DNA from: an uncultured Chroococcidiopsis sp. | Lineage (GTDB): Bacteria > Cyanobacteriota > Cyanobacteriia > Cyanobacteriales > Chroococcidiopsidaceae | Length of the DNA: 64,000 bases | Direction: 5' to 3' | Assembly (NCBI GenBank): GCA_964248365.1 | Contig: CAXTYC010000007.1 | Location: 60,552-124,551 of the forward strand | Shown: positions 12,129 through 22,520 of the stretch, piece by piece | How the letters are laid out: each line of letters begins with the position of its first letter | How positions within the stretch are numbered: the first letter of the stretch is position 1 | Notes under the pieces: generated by a model | Database searches by the model: none | What the model saw: only the letters and a program-made list of their open reading frames with translations | Told to the model about the DNA's origin: nothing | Translations under genes and position numbers: made by a program

Positions 12129-12330
12129 AGGGGAAAGGGAAAAGGGAAAAGGGAAAAGGGAAAAGGGGTAAAAGATGATGAGAAGATGAGGAGAAGCGGG
12201 AGAAATTCTCCCCATACCCTCATCCCCCCATCTCCCCAGTCCCTCTGCCCCCCAGCTCCCTTTTGCTCCCTTTTGCTCCCTCTCCCCCTCTCCCCCTCTC
12301 CCCCTCTCCCCTTCTTCTAGCCACTAGCCA
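12128..12330. repeat. STRR tandem-repeat block, with a purine-rich half then a pyrimidine-rich half
   Basis: (GGGAAAA)n, (CTCCCCCT)n and (TAGCCAC)2. Confidence 0.85.
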
Positions 12331-12335
12331 CTTAT

Positions 12336-12875
12336 ATGCCTTGGAACGAACTGTTACAGCCTGACTTAATCCTAGAAGACACAGTTTTGAATCTTACAAC
12401 CGAGATTATTGAGCAATACCAACTTAAAGGACTAGTACTGGATGTTGATGAAACACTAGTTCCCATCAAAGCAACAGAAGCTTCGGCAGCACTGCAAGAA
12501 TGGGTAGAGCAAACCAGAAAAGTGGTAAAGCTATGGCTAGTGAGTAACAATCTCAGTGATACACGCATTGGCGGTATTGCTAAGTCCTTGAATCTACCTT
12601 ACATCCTTGGTGCAGTCAAACCTTCTCGACGCAAATTAAGACGGGCGGTGCAGCAAATGAATTTGCCAGTCGAGCAGGTAGCAATGGTTGGCGATCGCTT
12701 GTTTACTGATGTGCTTGCCGGAAATCGCTTAGGTATGTTTACTATCTTGGTTGAACCAATCGTCGATCCTGGTGAAGCTGTCCGCTCCTATCCTGTACGT
12801 AGCTTTGAAGTCTTGGTATCCCAGGTCTTGGGAGCCTCAATCACCCCCAAATCTACAAAAATTAACAAACACTAA
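12336..12875 (+). CDS. YqeG-family HAD IIIA phosphatase
   Basis: LDVDETLV, LVSNN, KP and MVGDRLFTD motifs. Confidence 0.92.
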   Translation: MPWNELLQPDLILEDTVLNLTTEIIEQYQLKGLVLDVDETLVPIKATEASAALQEWVEQTRKVVKLWLVSNNLSDTRIGGIAKSLNLPYILGAVKPSRRKLRRAVQQMNLPVEQVAMVGDRLFTDVLAGNRLGMFTILVEPIVDPGEAVRSYPVRSFEVLVSQVLGASITPKSTKINKH

Positions 12876-13195
12876 TAAATCTTCACATAAGTAAATATTA
12901 AGAAATAATTAAGCCAATATGTCTTTTGGTAGATTTATGAGAATATAATTGAAGTTAATAAAGGGTCCAGCCAATAAAGACCCAGCCATAAATCTCTACC
13001 TATAAATTTCTAAAGCGTCAGCCCTCAAACATAGAGGAACTGGCGCTTTATAATTGAGGGGCTAGGGGCGGTCGGCTAGGGGCTGGGGAGAGGGGGAGAT
13101 GAAAGAATTAAATATTCTGTCGTGGGTCGATCTTCGTGGGTCTCCTTTCCCCTTTTCCCCTTCCTAGCCCCTAGCCCCTAGCCCCTAGCCACTAG

Positions 13196-14308
13196 ATGAT
13201 GTCGCAAACGATTGTTGTCAAAATTGGTACTTCCAGTCTAACTGTGCCAGAAACAGGATTGCTGGCGCTCTCTACCATTGCTACTTTGGCGGAAACGTTA
13301 AGTCAGTTGCGTCGGCAAGGTGATCGAGTAATTTTGGTTTCTTCGGGAGCTGTAGGAGTAGGCTGCGCTCGTTTGGGACTAACCGAAAGACCCCGCGCGA
13401 TCGCACTCAAACAAGCAGTAGCAGCAGTCGGTCAGGGGCGCTTAATGCGTGTCTATGACGATCTATTTACTACCCTGCAACAGCCAATAGCCCAAGTCCT
13501 CCTTACTCGTAGTGACTTAGTGCGGCGCAGCCGTTATCTAAATGTCTCTAACACATTTGAAGCACTGCTGGAACTGGGAGTAATTCCCGTAGTGAATGAA
13601 AATGATACGGTAGCAGTCGAGGAATTAAAATTTGGAGACAATGACACCCTCTCAGCACTAGTTGCTAGTCTAGTAGAAGCAGATTGGCTGTTTTTGTTAA
13701 CTGATGTAGATCGGCTTTATTCAGCCGATCCGCGTTCTTTCCCTGATGCCCAACCAATTACTTTAGTCAAACATATTGAGCAATTAGCTCAATTGCAAAT
13801 ACAAACAGGCACTCAAGGTTCTGGGTGGGGAACTGGGGGCATGGTAACAAAAATTTCAGCCGCGCGAATTGCCATTGCTGCGGGTGTGCGTACAGTCATT
13901 ACTCAGGGAAGGTTCCCGCGCAATATTGAAAAAATTTTGCAGGGGGAACCTATAGGTACTCAGTTTGAACCCCAAACCCAACCTAACAACGCTCGTAAAC
14001 GCTGGATTGCCTATGGTTTAATTCCTGTTGGTAAGCTTTTCTTAGATGACGGAGCAGTTGCAGCAATTAGCGGGGCGGGTAAATCTTTGCTAGCAGCCGG
14101 AATTACTGCTGTTGAGGGAGATTTCGACGCTCAAGAGGCGGTACAGTTATGCGACAAAAACGGTGGGGAAGTTGCCAGAGGAATTGTCAACTATAGCAGC
14201 GCCCAACTGAAGCAGATTCGTGGACGACACTCTAGAGAAATATCTGCCATTTTGGGTTACGCTGGTGCAGAAACTGTTGTCCACCGTGATAATCTAGTTT
14301 TGATTTAA
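13196..14308 (+). CDS. proB: glutamate 5-kinase
   Basis: [32 protein letters not shown] motifs; C-terminal PUA domain. Confidence 0.97.
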   Translation: MMSQTIVVKIGTSSLTVPETGLLALSTIATLAETLSQLRRQGDRVILVSSGAVGVGCARLGLTERPRAIALKQAVAAVGQGRLMRVYDDLFTTLQQPIAQVLLTRSDLVRRSRYLNVSNTFEALLELGVIPVVNENDTVAVEELKFGDNDTLSALVASLVEADWLFLLTDVDRLYSADPRSFPDAQPITLVKHIEQLAQLQIQTGTQGSGWGTGGMVTKISAARIAIAAGVRTVITQGRFPRNIEKILQGEPIGTQFEPQTQPNNARKRWIAYGLIPVGKLFLDDGAVAAISGAGKSLLAAGITAVEGDFDAQEAVQLCDKNGGEVARGIVNYSSAQLKQIRGRHSREISAILGYAGAETVVHRDNLVLI

Positions 14309-14361
14309 TAATTTTTCTAATATTTTTCGCTCCTAGGCAGCAGCCCAGAAGCGAGAGTAAA

Positions 14362-15648
14362 TTATTGCGTGGCTCTAAAAGTATTAATTTGCTGGCGAAT
14401 AGAATCGGTCTTTGCTAGTAAATCGGTTTGTGCGATCGCACTTTGTTCTTTCGTAGCCATCCACTTGAGCTTAACCGTTTGATTTGCTGCTTCCTCATCT
14501 CCTAAAATTAGGCAAGCAACTGCCCCGCTACGATCTGCACGAGTAAATTGTTTTTTAAAGCCGCTACCACTAAGATCTAATTCAACGCTAAACCCAGCCA
14601 TCCGCAGCTTGTGAGCTAAAATCAGAGCTTGGGGTTCAGCCAAATCGCCTTTAGAAACCACGTAGAAATCTAACGTTGATAGAGGTGATGCTTTCAGCTT
14701 TTGTAGTAGTATAATCAGGCGTTCTAAACCAATTGCCCAGCCTACAGCAGGCGTATCCGAGCCACCCAACTGAGCTATTAAGTTATCATAGCGACCGCCA
14801 CCACAAACGGTTGCTTGCGCTCCCAAATCATCAGAGAGAATTTCAAAAGCTGTGTGGGTGTAGTAGTCTAAACCTCTTACTAATCTAGAATTAATCTGAT
14901 AGTTAATTCCCAGATCACTCAACAGTTTCTGTACCCGCTCAAAGTGTTGCTGAGAGTAAGAACCGAGATAATCTAATATACTGGGAGCATTTTGGGCAAT
15001 TTCTTGTGTGCGGTTGTCTTTACTATCTAGAATCCGTAGGGGATTACGACCCAAACGATCCTGGGAATCTGGATCTAATTCTTCTTTGTAAGGCGTAAAG
15101 TAATCAACCAAAGCTTGCCGATAATTCTGCCTATCTTCTAAATTTCCCACCGAGTTGATATCTAGGTACAGATTTTTCAGCCCTAGGGTTTGAAGTATAT
15201 CGGTAGCGATCGCAATTACCTCAACATCTGCTCGTGGATCGGGACTACCTATAACCTCTACGCCTAATTGGTGAAACTGCCGCTGTCGCCCTGCTTGAGG
15301 TCGTTCGTAGCGAAACATTGGTCCAGTGTACCACAAACGTTGTACACCGCCAGAGCTATCAAGACCATGTTCAATTAGCGATCGCACTACTCCTGCTGTA
15401 CCTTCAGGACGCAGGGTAATCGAGCGATCGCCCCGATCCATAAAAGTATACATTTCCTTTCCTACTACATCAGTAGCTTCCCCAATACCTCGCTCAAACA
15501 ATGCCGTTTGCTCAAAAATCGGGGTACGAATTTCCCGATATGTAGCTCTTGTCAAAATATCTCGCGCCGTTGCTTCTACCCATTGCCAATAGGCAACTTC
15601 ATCCGGCAGAATGTCCCGCGTTCCGCGTAATGCCTGAATTTCACCCAT
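14362..15648 (-). CDS. hisS: histidine--tRNA ligase
   Basis: [29 protein letters not shown] and GGGRYD motifs. Confidence 0.98.
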   Translation of the reverse strand: MGEIQALRGTRDILPDEVAYWQWVEATARDILTRATYREIRTPIFEQTALFERGIGEATDVVGKEMYTFMDRGDRSITLRPEGTAGVVRSLIEHGLDSSGGVQRLWYTGPMFRYERPQAGRQRQFHQLGVEVIGSPDPRADVEVIAIATDILQTLGLKNLYLDINSVGNLEDRQNYRQALVDYFTPYKEELDPDSQDRLGRNPLRILDSKDNRTQEIAQNAPSILDYLGSYSQQHFERVQKLLSDLGINYQINSRLVRGLDYYTHTAFEILSDDLGAQATVCGGGRYDNLIAQLGGSDTPAVGWAIGLERLIILLQKLKASPLSTLDFYVVSKGDLAEPQALILAHKLRMAGFSVELDLSGSGFKKQFTRADRSGAVACLILGDEEAANQTVKLKWMATKEQSAIAQTDLLAKTDSIRQQINTFRATQ

Positions 15649-15709
15649 TAATTCTTAACGTAACTTTGCTCTTTCTCCCTGCTTTGCCCAAGAACCATTT
15701 ACTATTAGC

Positions 15710-15997
15710 CTAAGAATTAATTACCTCTAAAGCACCGTAAAGGTTCTGATAGTAAGCCAAAATTTGGTCTACTAACTCCCGACTCTCCAAGCCAGTTGTT
15801 GGAGCGTACCCAATCCACAATCCGCCAACCTGACTTTGATTGTAATCAAACTGCTGGGATGTTTGTGGGTATAAACCTGTTTCTACCCCATCGACTTGAC
15901 GTAGATGGGCGGAGATTTCCCTATACACTGCCAGAGGCAAACTAGGAAACCTAATTTCATACTTTAACTTACTATCTTGCCTTGTTTGCATTTTCAT
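15710..15997 (-). CDS. conserved hypothetical protein
   Basis: LPLAVYREISAHLRQV motif, recalled as typical of a small cyanobacterial family. Confidence 0.7.
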   Translation of the reverse strand: MKMQTRQDSKLKYEIRFPSLPLAVYREISAHLRQVDGVETGLYPQTSQQFDYNQSQVGGLWIGYAPTTGLESRELVDQILAYYQNLYGALEVINS

Positions 15998-16599
15998 TAT
16001 GGATTAAGTAGGTGCGATCGCATTTGTAATTTTCAGATCTTGCACTCCCTGTTCTTGAAACAGGCAAAATGCCTGTTCCACTAGAAACAGCTTTTAGCTT
16101 TTGTCAGATAGGAACCTCCAGCCTGCCCTCTTCAAGATGCAAAATGTAAGTAATTATTAACAGGCTCAAGGCAGTTAATTCCCTAAAAGAGTTAATACTG
16201 TGTTCCCCCCTTAAGAAGGGGGTTAGAGGGGATCGAGATCCTATTTTTAGTGCGTAACTCCTGATTAATTTACAATTCACATTCAATGTGAATTAGCATA
16301 ACTCGACGCAGGTAGTATTTAAAGACAATTTCGTTCCCAGGCTAAGCTTGGGAACGAGGAATAAGTCAGCTAATACACGGATTTACGATGCCCAGATTTT
16401 GGATTGATACTGTCGGCTTTTCAAATGGGGCTTGAGGATGCCCTGATTAACAATGCCCAGATTTGTGCCGATTGCAACCGATAGGGCATGAACCGATTAA
16501 CTCTAATAGACCTCTTGCACGAATGACCTGTAAGGGCGGGTTAAGACACTATCTCAAAATAGTTTAACTGCCAGTTGTATCAGCGCTACTGCGACGGCT

Positions 16600-17406
16600 T
16601 TACTGTCTAGCACGAAACGAAAAAACTGCGTCACCGATTTGGACAGGCGCGATTGTGGATGTTGATGCTGTACTCAATACTATCTCCCGCAGCCGATTCA
16701 TCTGCCCAGCAACAATCCTAAGATGCGGTCTTGGTAAAGTTGCCTCCTTTAGGAGCTTGTTCCAAAGTGTCTGAGAACCATTTGATTCTACGATGACTGT
16801 ATGAACACCTGTGATCTGATACCTGCCACCCCTTTGTGCTGTAAGTTTCTCACTTGCCTGTTTGCGAATCTGAGCGATGTCACAGTGGTAGTGACAGATC
16901 AAGCACATTGACTGCCCACCAGTGTGAGAGACTACTTTTCGCAACTGCTGTGATTTCAGCAGCAGATTTGACAACTGCGATATGGCTCTAGCCAACAGAT
17001 TATCAGCACCCAGCATTCCCAGTGTGTATGGAGCAGGCACAGGTGTGTCTAACAGACCTTCGAGCAAGGTTGTAGACCAACTCCATGAAATGCCATTATC
17101 AATAATTGAGGTTTGTAGCGGTAGAGTGTGGCGGATTCCAGCTTGTTGAAGCCAGGTTATTGTGTCCCAAATATTTAAGCAAGACTCAAAAGCAATTCCG
17201 TATAAGTAAGGGCAAGCAACTGGCTCAGTCCCAATTTTCAAGAACTCGACATCTAGATTACCGATGCGAATCAAGCCACTGGTAAAATCGCCATAGTCTC
17301 GCACAGGTCTTATAATTGGCACGTCGAGGGCAGCAGCAGCATATTCGAGATCCTTATGCGGGTAAGCAGATCTAACAATTACATGGTCAATCGCTACTAG
17401 GATCAT
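16600..17406 (-). CDS. VOC/glyoxalase-like domain protein
   Basis: N-terminal IDHVIV, a DVEFL strand and YGIAFE. Confidence 0.6.
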   Translation of the reverse strand: MILVAIDHVIVRSAYPHKDLEYAAAALDVPIIRPVRDYGDFTSGLIRIGNLDVEFLKIGTEPVACPYLYGIAFESCLNIWDTITWLQQAGIRHTLPLQTSIIDNGISWSWSTTLLEGLLDTPVPAPYTLGMLGADNLLARAISQLSNLLLKSQQLRKVVSHTGGQSMCLICHYHCDIAQIRKQASEKLTAQRGGRYQITGVHTVIVESNGSQTLWNKLLKEATLPRPHLRIVAGQMNRLREIVLSTASTSTIAPVQIGDAVFSFRARQ

Positions 17407-17574
17407 CGTTTATACCGCTATTATGAAAGACTTAGAGGCTATCTCAAAACTGCACAATCGATGATATCCCTCATTATCTCCCTTTTTAAGAGGGACTTAA
17501 AACTAGGGCAAGGGGGAGCTGACAAGGGCTAAAAGGGTGAAAAGATAGATTCTAAGTGAATATCTTTGATAAAT

Positions 17575-17616
17575 GTTGGGTAGGTAGGGAGCCGTGAAGC
17601 TTCTTACCTACCCGAC
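17575..17616. terminator. stem-loop downstream of the 17664-18965 gene
   Basis: gttgggtaggtagggagc / gcttcttacctacccgac inverted repeat. Confidence 0.5.
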
Positions 17617-17663
17617 ACAAGTCTAATCTAAAATCTAAAATCGGTAATCAAAAGATGAGCTAC

Positions 17664-18965
17664 TCAGCGGCGATTGAGAATTCGGGATATCATTTGTTGT
17701 CTATAAGTTCTTGCCTCGCTATTTGATTTGGCTGCGGCTGATGAGCCAGTCGAGTGCGATGAGGAGTGGAGTAATTGAAATATCAGTTTTTGCCTATGTA
17801 TTCTTGCCTGATTAGTTGATTGTTGGGCTGGCGATGGAGTACGAACTGCTGGTGGTGGAAAATCTGGCTCTTGCACAGCAGCTGTCGATTGTTTTGGTAA
17901 ATAATTGTTTGATTCTAGCTTTGGCGATGGAGTACGAACTGCTGGTGGTGGAAAATCTGGCTCTTGCACAGCAGCTGCCGATTGTTCTGGTAAATTATTG
18001 TTTGATTCTAGCTTTGGCAATGTTCCAGTGCTAGGTGGTGGTGGAAGATTAGGTAGTTGTTCTATTTTTGAGTTACTTTTAAGTCCTTTAGTTGGCGGCA
18101 GTTGAGGAACTGGAATGGCGGCGGTGGAAGAGTTTTGTAACAGACTGTTGAATTGCGCGCTAGACGATGGGCTACTGGTTTGCGACAGTGGGGAACTCAG
18201 GATAGCAGCTGTAGGTTTACCTGGTTTGTCTTTTTCTTCTGGCGCAGCTGGTTCATCGCCTACTGCTCTAGTAACTTCTATGCCGTTTTGCTCTAGAATT
18301 ACTACTGGCTCAGAGCCTGGAGACATTTCAATTCTTTTTACTAATACCTGACCATCCGACAGCCGTTGTCCCACAGTTACATATCGACTTGTCGCTTCAG
18401 TCGGTACTTTGACAATTGCTTGAAGTTCATTAGCGACTTCCACTACACCCACAACAGTAACGCCTTTTGCCAAATCTGGTTGTGGTGGTTGAATCGGTGC
18501 AGGAGGAGGCAATGGTGTTGGTTTTACAACAACCGGTTGCGGTTGCGGTGGTTTAATTGGAGGTTTAGGTATAGGAACAACTTTTGGCTTCGCAATAACT
18601 ACCTTCGGTATTGTGAACAGCCCAGCAAATGGGTCAGGGCGACCCTGTTGCACTTGTTTTGTCCGCTGGTTAGCGTTGGTTGGTGGGATTAATCCAGCAG
18701 CAGAGGAAAATCCAGGCGTGGGAGGATTTTGTGCCACTATTGTTGGCGTAGCTGGTTTTTGAGGAGTTTGAGGCGCAGACTTTTCAACTTTGTCAGTTGG
18801 TTTAACAGTAGGTTGAGCAGTAGGTTGAACAGTAGTACTAGAAGTATTTGAGTTGTTTTCTGCTCTACCTGATCCACATCCAGTTATTGTCAGAGCCAAC
18901 ATTCCTACAAAGGTGGTGGTGATTGAAAGTCGATGCATTGCCCGTTCCTTAACAGCTAGATTCAA
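17664..18965 (-). CDS. Pro-rich lipoprotein, PilP-like candidate
   Basis: Lipobox ITGC, disordered linker, RPDPF motif, and beta-rich core GVVEV..AIVKVP..SRYVTVGQRLSDGQVLVKRIE. Confidence 0.6.
   Translation of the reverse strand: MNLAVKERAMHRLSITTTFVGMLALTITGCGSGRAENNSNTSSTTVQPTAQPTVKPTDKVEKSAPQTPQKPATPTIVAQNPPTPGFSSAAGLIPPTNANQRTKQVQQGRPDPFAGLFTIPKVVIAKPKVVPIPKPPIKPPQPQPVVVKPTPLPPPAPIQPPQPDLAKGVTVVGVVEVANELQAIVKVPTEATSRYVTVGQRLSDGQVLVKRIEMSPGSEPVVILEQNGIEVTRAVGDEPAAPEEKDKPGKPTAAILSSPLSQTSSPSSSAQFNSLLQNSSTAAIPVPQLPPTKGLKSNSKIEQLPNLPPPPSTGTLPKLESNNNLPEQSAAAVQEPDFPPPAVRTPSPKLESNNYLPKQSTAAVQEPDFPPPAVRTPSPAQQSTNQARIHRQKLIFQLLHSSSHSTGSSAAAKSNSEARTYRQQMISRILNRR
17829..18018. repeat. 93-bp (31-aa) in-frame tandem duplication
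   Basis: ggcgatggagtacgaact... occurs at 17830 and 17923; peptide PKLESNN.LP.QS.AAVQEPDFPPPAVRTPS is present twice. Confidence 0.95.
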
Positions 18966-19131
18966 AATTAAACCAATGGAAACTTAATTATTAGACCTCT
19001 TGCAAAAGGTAACTTTTACAAGAGGTGGGAAAAGCTTAAAGGTTAAAAATATTTATACAATTCGTTCGCAAACCCTAGCTTTTTCCTTTTCCCCTTTGCC
19101 TTTAACCTTTTCCCAGCCCCAAGGACGTTGA

Positions 19132-19914
19132 TTATTCATCGTTGCCAACCATCAATTTTTTTAATGCTGTCAGCCCCTTTTTAACACAACGAGAAACAGT
19201 TACAACACTAATACCTAATCGTTCTGCCACTTCTTTTTGGGTCAAATCATAGAAAAATACGAACTCTAAAACCTCGTGAGTTCGCTGCTCTAGCTGCACC
19301 AGAGCTTGTTGTAAGCGCATTTGGTCTTCTTGAGACAGTTGAAAACTGCGATATTGATGGTCAGGAACCATTTCTCCTAAAGAAGTTGACCCATCTTCAT
19401 CATGCACGGGAGTATCCAAGCTTAGGGGAGAGCGATTAGCCCAGGCTAGTTTTATTTCCTGCCATTCGGCTACAGAAATTAAAAGCGCTGCTGCTACTTC
19501 AGTATCAGTTGGTTGACGGTTGTGCTTTGTACGCCATTCTTGGGTAAATCCCATTGCTTGTTGCTGTAAGGCAAGCCAGCGTCTAGGCATTCGCATCAGA
19601 ACACCTTTATCTCGCAGATAGTGTTGAATTTCGCCCCGAATGTAAGGAACGGCAAAAGAACTGAAGGCATGACCCTTAGACAGTTCAAACCGTTCAATGG
19701 CTCTAATTAAGCCCATACAACCTACTTGCAACAAATCATCATAGCCTTCGGTACATTGATTACTCCAGAAGTGTGCTTCTTTCCTAACCAATCCCATGTT
19801 AAGTGTTACCAGTTGATTACGTATTGCTGCCGAGCGAGTTTGTTCATAGTCTCGCAGCAGTTGAACACTCTCACGCTTCAACTCAGGATTAATTGAAGTA
19901 TAAGTCAAAACCAT
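19132..19914 (-). CDS. sigF: group 3 sigma factor of SigF/SigJ type (SigF by linkage to psbO)
   Basis: DDLLQVGCMGLIRAIERF, FAVPYIRGEIQHYLRD and HTH TQKEVAERLGISVVTVSR; directly downstream of psbO. Confidence 0.85.
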   Translation of the reverse strand: MVLTYTSINPELKRESVQLLRDYEQTRSAAIRNQLVTLNMGLVRKEAHFWSNQCTEGYDDLLQVGCMGLIRAIERFELSKGHAFSSFAVPYIRGEIQHYLRDKGVLMRMPRRWLALQQQAMGFTQEWRTKHNRQPTDTEVAAALLISVAEWQEIKLAWANRSPLSLDTPVHDEDGSTSLGEMVPDHQYRSFQLSQEDQMRLQQALVQLEQRTHEVLEFVFFYDLTQKEVAERLGISVVTVSRCVKKGLTALKKLMVGNDE

Positions 19915-20253
19915 AAATATTAGTTAGTAAGTGATATTACTGGAGCTACTAATGCGTGTCACGATTGCTTTGTATAGCATTATGAGACAAACAATCAAAG
20001 ATAGAAAAGGCGCTCAAACATTTATAAGAACATTACTAGCTATCAATGTAGTTATTTGTTTGATAGGATTTAAAAAGTCTCAATTGGTTTTTCTAGCTCT
20101 ACTAAAACTGATTTTTAACAACAATTAAGGGTATAAACTTTTCTACAATTACTGCTACCGAAATTCCACTGATCTTTGATTGTGGTAGCAATTTTTCTAC
20201 TGATAAACCCTTAAAATATAGCGGTTCTCGCCCCCTGTGAAGTACGGTTACTT

Positions 20254-20345
20254 TGGTAATGGGTAATGGGTAATGGGAAAGCTCGTCTTGGAGTGGGGGA
20301 ATACCAGTTCCCAGTTACCAACTACCAATTACCAATCACCAACCG
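20254..20345. repeat. STRR block, (GGTAATG)3 ... (TACCAAT-like)n
   Basis: Heptamer tandem repeats in inverted arrangement. Confidence 0.85.
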
Positions 20346-20396
20346 CCAGTTACCTTTTTCCGGCTTGCTCTGGATTAAGTATTTTTAATAGTGTGT

Positions 20397-20422
20397 AAAA
20401 AAAGGGGGCTAGATGCCCCCTG
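20397..20422 (-). terminator. psbO terminator
   Basis: Minus strand reads gggggcatctagccccc followed by T7. Confidence 0.75.
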
Positions 20423-20506
20423 GTATGGGTTTTAGGTTAGAGCCTTCAAGAAGCTAGACCTTAGCCCTAAAATTCGATTCTCCTGACAGTTGACAGTTAA
20501 CTGCTT

Positions 20507-21367
20507 TTAGGTTTGTGCCTGTGTTGGTTCAATCCGAGCATAAAATAGACCACGAAGCTTGACTTCCATAGCTTCTTTCGCTCCCATATCTGTATCAGAA
20601 GGCTGATCGCTCTCGAAAGTACCAGCAATTTCGCCTGTGCTGTTATCAACTTTAGCCACTCGGAGAGAAATTTTGCCTTTGCCAATTCCATGTTGCTTGG
20701 TATTAGCACGAGCAAGGTCTTCATCGTCGGCTTGACCTGGAAGCGCTACGGCATTGTCATAACCAGTGGTAACACCGCGTCCCTTGGGATCGAGGAAGTT
20801 AGCACTGCGATAGGATGGGACTCTAAAAGTACCTTCAAAGTCGGTGGAAGTGTTTATGCTAGTCAAACCTGGTTGGGTTTGGGCTTCTAAGCCTTTAACG
20901 GTAAACAGGAAAGGTACTCGCTCACCACCTGGTAATTGAACGGTAATAGCTTGGAAATCTAGACCATCTTGTTCCTTGAAGGTCAAGCTACCATCTGTGT
21001 TTACATCCAGTTTGCCTTGTACTTGGTCAATCGTGGAGGTGTAGCGAGTCAACAATTTACCAGCAATAAATTCTGCTTCTTGGCGTTTGTTGACTGGTTC
21101 TTCTTTAACAAAGAAAGTGGTTGGCTCTAAGCACATTTCAACCAATCTATAGGATTGATTTGAATCAATAGCGATCGAACCGCGAGTTGTTTCTCCCAAC
21201 TGCGGACATTTGTTAGCAAGACCAGTGCCTCTGATCTGTTCATAAGTCATTAAGTCCTTACCACCTCCAGCAGTGTTGGAACCGCCGTCACTGCAAGCAG
21301 TTAGAAACCCTATACACAAAGCTACAAGTGCAACAATTAATGCGCGATACCTCATGGTCAACCTCAA
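20507..21367 (-). CDS. psbO: photosystem II manganese-stabilizing protein (start probably MRYRA)
   Basis: GTGLANKCP, VQLPGGERVPFLFTVK, FLDPKGRG, GYDNAVALP and QPSDTDMG motifs. Confidence 0.98.
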   Translation of the reverse strand: MRLTMRYRALIVALVALCIGFLTACSDGGSNTAGGGKDLMTYEQIRGTGLANKCPQLGETTRGSIAIDSNQSYRLVEMCLEPTTFFVKEEPVNKRQEAEFIAGKLLTRYTSTIDQVQGKLDVNTDGSLTFKEQDGLDFQAITVQLPGGERVPFLFTVKGLEAQTQPGLTSINTSTDFEGTFRVPSYRSANFLDPKGRGVTTGYDNAVALPGQADDEDLARANTKQHGIGKGKISLRVAKVDNSTGEIAGTFESDQPSDTDMGAKEAMEVKLRGLFYARIEPTQAQT

Positions 21368-21975
21368 TTTTTAACTTCAGTATCTAACCAATAAAAATTC
21401 TGGCGATTGTAAATGAAAATCGGGCGAATATTGGCTTTCATTACCAAGAGTATAGTTTTTTGTTTGATAGACGAATACAAACAATTGCCTATATAGCAAC
21501 TCTAATGATGCATGAAATTTTACCTGGTGGCTGTTATAAGTCCATAGTACGAGTGTCAAGCGCCCAAGCAAGGCTAAGCGTTTATATTTTTGACTCTTGA
21601 TTAATAACTCTTAACTAATGACCACCACCACCAGTATTTCATGACTCAGATGAGATTGCTATAGTGCTGTGTTTGTAAGGTGTGAACCCCTACTAAACTT
21701 AAACACTTATCAACCCCTGGGACAAGCGCTCATATAGAATGATTCAACCGAGATCCCAATACAGAATTTTACACGGCGATGTCGCTTTTACAATGAGTTT
21801 TTAGCCCAAAAGCAGCGATCGCTCTTGCAGCGAAGTCTCTATTGTCCCCCAAGTCTTCCCTTATCCCTCAAATTGCCTCGCTTCTAGGTAATGGAGTTGG
21901 CGATCAAAATTAGGTAGAAATTCCGGTACATTGAAACTGACTAAACTTATAGACAGTTGTGGCGGGAATAGAGGC

Positions 21976-22347
21976 ATGAGTTTGCAGCCAGGACAATTAG
22001 AGTTCAAGTTACAAAGTATTGCCACTGCTGTCCGTGCTTTGGCTGGGAGTTATCAGCAAGACAGTCAAGCTATTTTGGCTTTACTACGGCAGTTAGAGCA
22101 GTTGCATCGAGAAATTCGGGATGGGATGTTTCAAGCGTCTTTACCCGATAACCGTCAAGCTCTGTATGCGTTACTAAAGGATATTGAAAGCGAGGGTGGA
22201 TGGCCTTACATTGAGCGAATGAAACTGCAATCCTTTTTAGGCTACTTACATTCACAGATAGAGGCAGAAGATGGCGATCGCCAAAGCCTTGAAACAACTG
22301 CCAGTGATGGCACTGTAGAATTGTCAGATGAGCGATCGCAAGCTTAG
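21976..22347 (+). CDS. conserved hypothetical protein
   Basis: LPDNRQALYALLKDIE..GGWPYIERM motif; GAGG before the ATG. Confidence 0.75.
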   Translation: MSLQPGQLEFKLQSIATAVRALAGSYQQDSQAILALLRQLEQLHREIRDGMFQASLPDNRQALYALLKDIESEGGWPYIERMKLQSFLGYLHSQIEAEDGDRQSLETTASDGTVELSDERSQA

Positions 22348-22520
22348 CAATTTGTGCTGGGTAACCGACACGGTGCGATCGCATCCTAAGTGTTTATTTT
22401 TAACGTTAATCTAGTGATATCTGGTAGTCTAGCTATTTTAGCTAATCGCGGGTATCTAATCGCGGGAAATGGGAAATTTTGATCGATACTGGAACAAGAA
22501 GCTTTAAGCAGAACACAGCG

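Noticed and set aside
17829..18018. CRISPR array or DGR repeat pair
   Set aside because: Contiguous in-frame coding duplication with no spacers
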